The notes under the pieces are model-generated. The model had not been told where the DNA came from and ran no database searches. It worked only from the letters and a program-made list of their open reading frames with translations. A stretch of 64,000 bases of DNA, taken from NCBI GenBank assembly GCA_026129255.1, contig JAHCIJ010000002.1, positions 125,799-189,798 on the forward strand. Direction: 5' to 3'. Source of the stretch: Anaerolineales bacterium. Its GTDB lineage: Bacteria > Chloroflexota > Anaerolineae > Anaerolineales > UBA11579. Positions 36,594 through 44,430 of the stretch are shown here, one piece after another. The position numbers were made by a program, and so were the translations under genes. The first letter of the stretch is position 1. Each line of letters opens with the position of its first letter.

Positions 36594-36625
36594 AAACCAG
36601 ATTGCTTCGCTGCGCTCGCAATGAC
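36594..36625 (-). repeat. hairpin repeat, ATTGC/GCAAT subfamily, inverted; terminal copy flanking GIY-YIG gene 2
   Basis: AAACCAGATTGCTTCG-CTGCG-CTCGCAATGAC. It ends 5 nt from the acd stop codon. Confidence 0.85.
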
Positions 36626-36629
36626 AAGA

Positions 36630-37841
36630 TTATCCTTCAGCCTGCCAGTACTCCGCATCATAGGCGGGTAGCTCACAGCGCAGCTCGGCATCCTTGCGGT
36701 AGCCCAGCGCGTAGCCAGCCTGCATCAGTTGGTGAATTTCACTCGTGCCTTCGTAGATCACGCCACCCTTGGAATTCCGCAGGTAGCGTTCCACATCGTA
36801 CTCATCGCTGTAACCATAGGCGCCGTGCACTTGAATGGCTTCGGAAGCGGCGTCAAACGACGCGTCGGTGGCGTACCACTTGGCCAGCGAGGTCTCGCGC
36901 GTGTTGCGCTCGCCGCGGTTCTTCATCCAGCCCGCTTTCAAGTACAACAAGCGTGAGGTCTCGTATTGCTGCACCATGTAGGCGATCTTTTGTTGTATCA
37001 GTTGGAACTGGCCAATCTCTTTGTTGAACGCCTTGCGCTCATGCGAGTACTTGACACTGGCTTCCAGGCTGGCACGTACCAAGCCAGTAGCCCCAGCCGC
37101 CACGGTGTAGCGGCCGTTGTCCAGGCAGGACATGGCGATCTTGAAGCCTTCGCCTTCCTGGCCCAGTAGGTTGGCGGCGGGCACATGCACATCCTGCATG
37201 GCAATGTAGCCGGTAGACCCGGCGCGCATGCCCAGCTTGCCGTGGATATCGCCGGTGGTGATGCCCTTGCGGTCCAGCTCCACGATGAAGGCGCTGAGCC
37301 CGTCATGCGGGTCAGCATCCGGGTTGGTGCGTGCCACGATCAGCGCATGGTGCGCCTTGCTGGCCAGCGAGATCCACATCTTCTCGCCGTTCAGCACGTA
37401 CTCATCGCCCACTTTGCGGGCGGTGGCCTTCATGCCAGCCACGTCAGAGCCAGCGCCTGGCTCGGTCAGGCCGAAGCAGGCGTATTTCTCGCCCTTGGCT
37501 TGCGGTGTGAGGAACTTTTGCTTCTGCTCCTCGGTGCCCCATTGCAGCAGGGCCATGCTGTTGAGGCCCATGTGTACAGACATCACCACGCGCAGCGGGC
37601 TGTCACCCGCTTCCAGCTCCTCGCACACCAGCCCGAGGGTGATGTAGTCAAAGCCCTGGCCGCCGTAGCGCACTGGCACATTAATGCCCAGGATGCCCAG
37701 CTCAGCCATTCGCGGCAAAATGAAGGGGGCCATCTCTTGTTTGCGGTCCCACTCCTGGATGACGGGCTTGACTTCTTTCTGTACGAAGTCTCGCACCATC
37801 TTTTGCACCATCAGGTGCTCTTCACTTAATTGAAAGTCCAT
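36630..37841 (-). CDS. acyl-CoA dehydrogenase
   Basis: ACAD N-terminal, middle and C-terminal domains (CFGLTEPGAGSD, YIAMQDV, IYEGTSEIHQL). Confidence 0.92.
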   Translation of the reverse strand: MDFQLSEEHLMVQKMVRDFVQKEVKPVIQEWDRKQEMAPFILPRMAELGILGINVPVRYGGQGFDYITLGLVCEELEAGDSPLRVVMSVHMGLNSMALLQWGTEEQKQKFLTPQAKGEKYACFGLTEPGAGSDVAGMKATARKVGDEYVLNGEKMWISLASKAHHALIVARTNPDADPHDGLSAFIVELDRKGITTGDIHGKLGMRAGSTGYIAMQDVHVPAANLLGQEGEGFKIAMSCLDNGRYTVAAGATGLVRASLEASVKYSHERKAFNKEIGQFQLIQQKIAYMVQQYETSRLLYLKAGWMKNRGERNTRETSLAKWYATDASFDAASEAIQVHGAYGYSDEYDVERYLRNSKGGVIYEGTSEIHQLMQAGYALGYRKDAELRCELPAYDAEYWQAEG

Positions 37842-37913
37842 GTGACTCCATTAGAAAAAGCTTGTGATTAATTACGCAGGATGGAATTATACCTAGATAC
37901 CTCTTCCCTCTGT

Positions 37914-37985
37914 CCATTGGTCGGTTGGTCGATTAGTCGATTAGTCTTTCGATTGACTAGCAGACCAATCGACTAGTAGACCATC
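37914..37985. repeat. 8-nt-phased TTGGTCG/TTAGTCG word tract forming an imperfect palindrome
   Basis: ccattggt|cggttggt|cgattagt|cgattagt|ctttcgat|tgactagc|agaccaat|cgactagt|agaccatc. Lies in the divergent acd / TPR promoter gap. Confidence 0.7.
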
Positions 37986-38005
37986 ACACTACTTATAATC
38001 CCCGC

Positions 38006-39067
38006 ATGCGTCGTGCTCCCCGCAAACTCCTGCTGCTCGCGCTGCTAGCTGCCCTGGTGTTCTTGCTGCCCACCTGGTGGATGCGCATCTGGTTGCCGCG
38101 CCAGGGCGGCGTGCCTACGCCCACCGTACAGGCCACGCAGTCCGCGCACGAGCGCAGCTATCGCCAGGCGGTGGAGCTGGCCGCCAGCGAGCCGCTGGAC
38201 GCCTTGCCGCTGCTCAATGAGCTCGCCTTCACAGAGAGTCCGTATGCCAGCGCCGCCCTGACCATCCGCCAGGGCATCCAGAGCGGCCGCCTGAGCGGCG
38301 ACCGCGCCTACCTGCTCACCGCCACCGGCCAGGCGCTGGCCGCAGTGGGGGAGTGGCCCGCCGCCCGCCAGGCGTTCCTGGCCGCGGTGGAGGCCAACCC
38401 GGAATTCGCCGAGGCCTGGGCCTATCTGGGCGAAGCGCTGCAGCAAAACGGGCAGGATGGGCTGGCTGCCCTGGAGAAAGCCGAGCAGCTCGACCCGAAC
38501 TCGCTCTCCGTGCGCCTGTTCCTTGCCCTGTACTGGCAGCGCCAGGCGGATTTTGAGCGCGCCGAGCGCAACTTGCGCGTGGCCGCCCTGCAATACCCGC
38601 AGAATCCGCTGGTGCAGATGCAGTTGGCCGAGAACGCGGTCCTGATGGGCGATACGACCGCCGCCCTGCCGTATTTGGAACGCGCCCTGCAGTTGGCGCC
38701 CAATGACCCGGCCATCTGGCGCGCCGTGGCGGTGTACAGCGTGGAATCGGCCTTGTATGTGGAGGAGGCCGGGCTGGCGGCGCTGGAGCTGCTGCATGAG
38801 CGCTACCCAGGCCAGGCCGACCTGCTCACCCTGCACGCCCGCGCCTTGGCGTTACTGCGCCGCGACAGCCAAGCTGAGGAGTATTTTCAACAGGCGCTGC
38901 AAGCCGATGAAGCCTACACGCCCGCCCACCTGTACTACGGCATCTTTCTGCTGGCGGGCCAACGCACTGCTGAAGCGCGCACGCACCTCAATCAAGTGCT
39001 GGCGTTGCAACCCAGCGGCCCACAGGCCGATCTGGCCGCCCACTGGCTAGCGCAAATTTCCCAGTAA
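38006..39067 (+). CDS. tetratricopeptide repeat protein with N-terminal signal/anchor
   Basis: N-terminal hydrophobic segment, then repeated A..W..LG......G....A...F..AL..-P TPR units. Confidence 0.8.
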   Translation: MRRAPRKLLLLALLAALVFLLPTWWMRIWLPRQGGVPTPTVQATQSAHERSYRQAVELAASEPLDALPLLNELAFTESPYASAALTIRQGIQSGRLSGDRAYLLTATGQALAAVGEWPAARQAFLAAVEANPEFAEAWAYLGEALQQNGQDGLAALEKAEQLDPNSLSVRLFLALYWQRQADFERAERNLRVAALQYPQNPLVQMQLAENAVLMGDTTAALPYLERALQLAPNDPAIWRAVAVYSVESALYVEEAGLAALELLHERYPGQADLLTLHARALALLRRDSQAEEYFQQALQADEAYTPAHLYYGIFLLAGQRTAEARTHLNQVLALQPSGPQADLAAHWLAQISQ

Positions 39068-39122
39068 GACTAATAACATACCCATGCTAGAATCGTTTTC
39101 TGGATGATTAAAGGAGAGAAAT

Positions 39123-39800
39123 ATGCGTAAACAATTGTGGTTAGTGATCATTGTGGTGTTGTTTGCAGGTTCCGCCTGCGGCTCTGGCGCCAGCAGCGGT
39201 CCGGCAGAATCCCCCTCCACCGGCACGCAGAACAACAATACGGCTGCCTCGAACGTCCTGTTCCAGGATGATTTCTCCAGCACCAGCAGCGGTTGGGATC
39301 GTGCAGCCTATGACTTTGGTGAGACCGACTATGTAGACGGCGGTTATCACATCTCTGTCGGTGCAGATTACTCCTCTGTGTGGGCCAACCCGGGCATCAA
39401 CGCTTCGGACGTTAGCGTTGAAGTGGATGCCGTCAAGCGCGGCGGTGTGGATGATAACGAGTTCGGTGTCATCTGCCGCTATCAGGATGAGAGCAACTTC
39501 TACGCTGGCAGCGTGAGCAGCGATGGCTTCTATGCCGTGATCCTGATCCGCAATGGCGAGTTTGGCTATGTGGGTTCTGACTCCATGCAGCCGTCTGACC
39601 TCATCCGCCTGGGTGACACCGTCAATCGTGTGCGCATGGATTGTGTAGGCTCCACCCTCACGCTGTATGTCAATGGTTCCATGCTCACGTCTGTCACGGA
39701 CAGCACGCTGGGCAGCGGTGACGTGGGTATGTACGCAGGCAGCTTTGCTACCGGCGGCATCGATATCTTCTTCGACAACTTCGTTGCCAAGCGCCCATAA
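39123..39800 (+). CDS. secreted lipoprotein, paralog 1 (concanavalin-A-like/LamG-type beta-sandwich; fold assignment tentative)
   Basis: Lipobox FAGSAC. FQDDFSS..SGW...NEFGVICRYQDESNFY...VGMYAGSF...FDNF. AAAGGAGAGAAAT RBS, shared with the paralog. Confidence 0.75.
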   Translation: MRKQLWLVIIVVLFAGSACGSGASSGPAESPSTGTQNNNTAASNVLFQDDFSSTSSGWDRAAYDFGETDYVDGGYHISVGADYSSVWANPGINASDVSVEVDAVKRGGVDDNEFGVICRYQDESNFYAGSVSSDGFYAVILIRNGEFGYVGSDSMQPSDLIRLGDTVNRVRMDCVGSTLTLYVNGSMLTSVTDSTLGSGDVGMYAGSFATGGIDIFFDNFVAKRP

Positions 39801-39816
39801 CATCACTCGTTTTACG

Positions 39817-39859
39817 GCGGCCAGGCTTGCTGAGGCAAGCCTGGCCGCTTGCTTTGTTT
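39817..39859 (+). terminator. intrinsic terminator between the two paralogs
   Basis: CGGCCAGGCTTGC-tgag-GCAAGCCTGGCCG, then CTTGCTTTGTTT. Confidence 0.7.
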
Positions 39860-39870
39860 AAAGGAGAGAA

Positions 39871-40629
39871 ATGCACTACAAGAAATTGATCCTCGTTATT
39901 GGTTTGCTTAGCCTGGCTGCCCTGGCCTGTGCAGGCATTTCGCTGCCCAGCGCAGGTGACCTGGTGGGCGATGTTGTCGGCACCGCCTTGGCCACGGCCG
40001 GCCTGGATGTAGGCGATGGCACCACCATTCCGCTGGAAACATTGATGGCCCAGTTTGGCGAGCAAGCCTCTGGCGCTGTGGTCTACACAGATGATTTCTC
40101 CAGCAGCAACAGCGGCTGGCCGATCGACTCGTTCCCCGAGGGCGCTACCAGCTATTACAACGGTCAGTACCGCATTACTGTGAATGAAACCAACTATGCC
40201 GTGTGGTCCAGCTCAGGTAGCGGCAACTACGGCGCCATTTCGGTTGAAGCGGATGCCGTGAAACTGGGCGGCCCAGATGAGAACGAGTTCGGTCTGCTGT
40301 GCCGCTTTGTGGACAACAGCAACTTCTATGCTGCCACCATCGCCAGCGATGGCTACTACTTCATCTGGCGTCGCCTCAACGGCGGCGACTGGGAGCTGGT
40401 GGGCATGGACAACGGCGAGTTCAGCGCGGCCATCTACACCGACACACAGAGCAACCGCATCCGCCTGGACTGTGTAGACTCTTCCATCACCCTCTACGCC
40501 AATGGCACTCAGCTCATCCAGGTCTTCGACAGCTCGCTGACCTCGGGTGATGTGGGCCTGTACGCGGGCAGCTTTGACGTGGGCGGAGTGGACGTGGTCT
40601 TCGACAACTTCCTCGTCTCCCAACCCTAA
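39871..40629 (+). CDS. secreted lipoprotein, paralog 2 of 39123..39800
   Basis: Lipobox-like LAALAC. YTDDFSS.NSGW...NEFGLLCRFVDNSNFY...VGLYAGSF...FDNF. Same RBS. Confidence 0.75.
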   Translation: MHYKKLILVIGLLSLAALACAGISLPSAGDLVGDVVGTALATAGLDVGDGTTIPLETLMAQFGEQASGAVVYTDDFSSSNSGWPIDSFPEGATSYYNGQYRITVNETNYAVWSSSGSGNYGAISVEADAVKLGGPDENEFGLLCRFVDNSNFYAATIASDGYYFIWRRLNGGDWELVGMDNGEFSAAIYTDTQSNRIRLDCVDSSITLYANGTQLIQVFDSSLTSGDVGLYAGSFDVGGVDVVFDNFLVSQP

Positions 40630-40653
40630 AACGCACAAGCTTTCCATATAATT

Positions 40654-40691
40654 AAGCGGTGTATCCATTCGGATACACCGCTTTTTATTTT
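40654..40691 (+). terminator. intrinsic terminator
   Basis: AGCGGTGTATCC-att-CGGATACACCGCT, then TTTTATTTT. Confidence 0.85.
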
Positions 40692-40702
40692 GCCCAGCAA
40701 AG

Positions 40703-41059
40703 GTGGCCTATATGACGGAGAGCTGTATCTTTTGCAAAATTGTGGATGGGGAGCTGCCTTCTACGCAGCTGTATCAGGATGAACTGGTCACCGCCTTTCG
40801 TGACCTGCACCCTGTGGCGCCGACGCACATCCTCATCGTCCCCAATGCGCATCTGGCCAGCACCAATGACCTCACCCCAGAGCACGCTGAGGCGGCCGGG
40901 CGCATGCTGACCCTGGTGCCCGAGCTGGCCCGCCAGGAGGACATTGCTGAGAGCGGCTACCGCCTGGTCATGAACACCGGCGCCGATGGCCGTCAGGAAG
41001 TGCCGCACATGCACTTGCACCTTATAGGTGGCCGCCGCATGCAGCACCCGCTGGGGTAG
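40703..41059 (+). CDS. HIT family (histidine triad) protein
   Basis: CIFCKI, HILIVP, and the HMHLHLIGG triad. Confidence 0.9.
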   Translation: MAYMTESCIFCKIVDGELPSTQLYQDELVTAFRDLHPVAPTHILIVPNAHLASTNDLTPEHAEAAGRMLTLVPELARQEDIAESGYRLVMNTGADGRQEVPHMHLHLIGGRRMQHPLG

Positions 41060-41264
41060 GCGGGTTACGCTGCTATGCAGCGGGTATAGACCCGCCCCTA
41101 TGCCATTCTGTATTGACTTCATGCCAGCTTATAGGATCGCCCTGTAGGCAAACAGCATCTGCGTTCATCTGTGGGAAATTGGCCCTCCGCCCTGCCTACC
41201 TCCAAAATTGGCCCTTTGCCGCAAGCGTATTCATCTGTATCCTGAAAGGTATAATTAACTCCTT

Positions 41265-41711
41265 ATGAGCAAGAAAACCGAGCTTGAAGCTGCACTGAAA
41301 GTGGCCATGAAGGCCAATGACACCGTGCGCAAGAACACCCTGCGGATGGCCCTAGCTGCAGTGAAAGAAGCCGAAGTCGCCAAACGTGGCGAGTTGGATG
41401 AAGCCGCCGTGATCTCCATCCTGCAGAAGGAGCTCAAGGCGCGCCAGGAAGCCATAGCCGAAGGCACCACCGCCAACCGGGCCGATCTGGTGGCGGCCGC
41501 CAAGGATGAGGCTGCCATTTTGGAGGCTTTCCTGCCCGCCGGCCTGAGTGCCGAGGAAATTGAAGCGATTGTGACCGCAGCCATTGCCGAGGCGGGCGCC
41601 AGCTCGCCGGCGGACATGGGCAAGGTAATGAAGCTGATCCTGCCTAAGGTGCAGGGCCGCGCCGATGGCGGCCAGGTCAGCGCCCTGGTGAAGGCCAAGC
41701 TGCAGGGGTAA
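41265..41711 (+). CDS. GatB/YqeY domain-containing protein
   Basis: L...MKA.D..R...LR...A..K..E......L.......IL.KE.K.R.E, typical YqeY, 148 aa. Confidence 0.88.
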   Translation: MSKKTELEAALKVAMKANDTVRKNTLRMALAAVKEAEVAKRGELDEAAVISILQKELKARQEAIAEGTTANRADLVAAAKDEAAILEAFLPAGLSAEEIEAIVTAAIAEAGASSPADMGKVMKLILPKVQGRADGGQVSALVKAKLQG

Positions 41712-41728
41712 TCCCAATTATTGACTCT

Positions 41729-43876
41729 ATGCAAAAAAAGCCCATAAGCTCCCAGCGCAAAGAACCGCGTTGGTCCACTCGCAAACGCGTTTTCTTGTGG
41801 ACCCTGTGGGCAGCCTGCCTGACCATTTCCATTGCCGCCCTGGTGATGCCCTTCTCCACGCGCCAGGCCAGTTTGCGCGCCCAGGTGGGCGATGTGGTCA
41901 GCCAGGACATTGTGGCGCCGCGCACCCTCAATTACCAGAGTGCCGTCTACACTGAGCGTGACCGCAGCCAGGCCGCCGATGCCGTGGCGCCTGTGTACGG
42001 CGCCCCGGATGCCAATGTGGCCCGCCAGCAACTGGAGCACCTGCGCTCTGCCGTAGAGTTTATTGACAGCGTGCGCGCCGATAGCTACGCCACGCTGGAG
42101 CAAAAGATCGGCGATCTCAGCGCCCTGCAAAACGTCTCCATAGGCCGTGAGAGCATTCAGGCCATCCTGCTGCTCAGTGACAGCGCCTGGCAGAATGTAC
42201 GCCAGGAGGCCATCGTGGTGCTGGAGCAGATCATGCGCAGCAGCATCCGCCAAAGCCGCCTGGACGAAGCCCGCAACAGCGTCCCGGCCCTGGTCAGCCT
42301 GTCGCTGCCCCAGGACCAGGCCACCCTGGTCTCAGAGCTGGTGGCCGCCTTCGTGGCGCCCAACAGCTTCTATTCCGAGGCGCTAACCCAGACCGCCCGT
42401 GATGAAGCCAGCGCTGCAGTGCCCCCGGCGGTACGCACCTTTGTCACTAACGAGATCATCGTCTCGCGCGGCCAGGTGCTCAACGAGGCCGATCTTGAAG
42501 CCTTGCAGCAATTTGGCTTAGTCCAGCCGGAAACCGGCTGGCAGAACTATGTGGGCGCGGTGGCGGTCGCCGTGGTGGCCTTTGCGTTGGCGGCGCTGTT
42601 CCTGCGCTTCCGTCCACAACTGCTTGACAAAGTGCGCGAGCTCACCCTGGTCGCCACGCTGTTTGTAGCCTTCCTGTTGGTGGCGCGCTTTGTCATCGTA
42701 GACCGCACGGTCATGCCCTACCTGTTTCCCGTGGCAGGCTTTGGCCTGCTGGTGGCCACGCTATACAGCTCACAGGCCGCCATGATCTTCTCCCTGGTGC
42801 TGGGTTTGCTGGCAGCCTATAACCTGCCCAACGCCTTTGACCTCACGCTGTATTACTTCTTCGGCAGCGTGTTTGGCATCCTGTTCCTCAAGCGCGCTCA
42901 GCGCGTGATGACCTATTTCTGGGCTGGTGCGGCGGTGATGGTGGCCGGTGCGGCCGTGTTGATCGCCTACCGCTTGCCGTTGGCCTCCACAGACATCGTC
43001 GGCTTGCTTACGCTGCTCGGCGCGGCGGGGCTCAATGGCTTCTTCTCGGCCAGCCTCACCATCGTGCTGCAATTGTTCCTGGCCCAGTGGCTGGGGCTCA
43101 CCACCACGGTACAGCTCATGGAGCTGGCCCGCCCAGACCACCCCCTGCTGCAGTTCATCATGCGCCGCGCCCCCGGCACTTACCAGCACAGCTTGCTGAT
43201 CGCCAACCTGGCTGAGCAGGCCGCCGAGGCCATTGGCGCGGATGCCTTGCTGACCCGCATCGGCTCGCTGTATCACGATGCGGGCAAGGCACGCCAGCCG
43301 CACTTTTTCATCGAGAACCAGGTCACCGGCGCCCCCAACCCGCACGAGGATCTCAGCCCCACCGAGAGCGCCCAGCACATCATCCGCCACGTACCGGATG
43401 GGGTCGAGCTGGCCCACAAGCACCGCCTGCCGCAGCGCATCATCGACTTCATCAAAGAGCACCACGGCACACTCGTGACGCGCTTTCAGTATGCGCGCGC
43501 CCTGGAAGCCGCCGGCGGTGACGAGAGCAAGATAAACATTCAGGATTTCCGCTACGATGGCCCGCGCCCCCAATCGCGCGAGACGGCGCTGGTCATGCTG
43601 GCGGATGGCTGCGAGGCACGCACACGCGCCGAGCGTCCCAAGACCAACGAGGAGCTTGCCGCGCTGGTCAAGAGCGTGATCGATAGCCGCCTCAACAACG
43701 GCCAGCTGGATAACACCACCCTCACCATGCATGACCTGGCCGTGGTGGCTGAGACCTTTGTGGCGGGCTTGCGCGGCGTATACCACCCCCGCCTGGTCTA
43801 CCCAGACCTGGATGAGAAGACGCTCAATGCCCTGGACGCGCAGCCATCCATCAAATCTTTGCCGCCTAAGCAATAA
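41729..43876 (+). CDS. 7TM receptor with intracellular HD hydrolase (HDIG; PgpH/YqfF-like)
   Basis: N-terminal extracellular domain, 7 TM segments, and an HD domain (YQHSLLIANLAE, LYHDAGK, IKEHHGT). Confidence 0.88.
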   Translation: MQKKPISSQRKEPRWSTRKRVFLWTLWAACLTISIAALVMPFSTRQASLRAQVGDVVSQDIVAPRTLNYQSAVYTERDRSQAADAVAPVYGAPDANVARQQLEHLRSAVEFIDSVRADSYATLEQKIGDLSALQNVSIGRESIQAILLLSDSAWQNVRQEAIVVLEQIMRSSIRQSRLDEARNSVPALVSLSLPQDQATLVSELVAAFVAPNSFYSEALTQTARDEASAAVPPAVRTFVTNEIIVSRGQVLNEADLEALQQFGLVQPETGWQNYVGAVAVAVVAFALAALFLRFRPQLLDKVRELTLVATLFVAFLLVARFVIVDRTVMPYLFPVAGFGLLVATLYSSQAAMIFSLVLGLLAAYNLPNAFDLTLYYFFGSVFGILFLKRAQRVMTYFWAGAAVMVAGAAVLIAYRLPLASTDIVGLLTLLGAAGLNGFFSASLTIVLQLFLAQWLGLTTTVQLMELARPDHPLLQFIMRRAPGTYQHSLLIANLAEQAAEAIGADALLTRIGSLYHDAGKARQPHFFIENQVTGAPNPHEDLSPTESAQHIIRHVPDGVELAHKHRLPQRIIDFIKEHHGTLVTRFQYARALEAAGGDESKINIQDFRYDGPRPQSRETALVMLADGCEARTRAERPKTNEELAALVKSVIDSRLNNGQLDNTTLTMHDLAVVAETFVAGLRGVYHPRLVYPDLDEKTLNALDAQPSIKSLPPKQ

Positions 43877-43892
43877 TGCACTAGCCCCACAC

Positions 43893-44363
43893 ATGCTCCA
43901 TCTGCAGATCGATGCCCGTTACCAGTCCCAAAAATTTGAGCAGGCGCTCAAGCAAGCCGTCAAGGTCGCACTCGAGCACCAGGGACGCCAGGCGCAGGCG
44001 CTGGACCTCACTGTGGTGCTCACAGGCGATGCGCGTCTGCGTGCCCTCAACCAGCAGTTCCGCGGCATAGACGCCGCTACGGATGTCTTGTCGTTTGGCG
44101 ACGGCAGCCCGGACGCGGAGAGCGGCCGCCCGTATCTCGGCGACGTCGTGATCTCGGTGCCGCGGGCGCGCGCCCAGGCGCGCGCCGCCGGGCACAGCCT
44201 GGCCGCCGAGCTGCAGCTGCTCACCGTGCACGGTGTGCTGCACCTGCTGGGGCACGACCATGCCAAGCCCGCCCAGCGCCGCAGGATGTGGGCCGCCCAG
44301 GATGCGATCTTACAGACGCTGGGGTTGGATATTGTCTCGGCCGAGATGGAAATGCGCGTGTAA
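43893..44363 (+). CDS. ybeY: rRNA maturation endoribonuclease YbeY
   Basis: Start moved to ATG 43893. TDVLSF and the zinc motif HGVLHLLGHDH. Confidence 0.9.
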   Translation: MLHLQIDARYQSQKFEQALKQAVKVALEHQGRQAQALDLTVVLTGDARLRALNQQFRGIDAATDVLSFGDGSPDAESGRPYLGDVVISVPRARAQARAAGHSLAAELQLLTVHGVLHLLGHDHAKPAQRRRMWAAQDAILQTLGLDIVSAEMEMRV

Positions 44364-44378
44364 GACAAAGAGTCAAAC

Positions 44379-44412
44379 AAAAAGAGCCTCGGCAGTTCCC
44401 GAGGCTCTTTTG
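44379..44412. terminator. bidirectional intrinsic terminator between ybeY and phnE
   Basis: AAAAAGAGCCTCGG-cagttc-CCGAGGCTCTTTTG. Confidence 0.85.
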
Positions 44413-44430
44413 TATTCTGCATAACAACCG

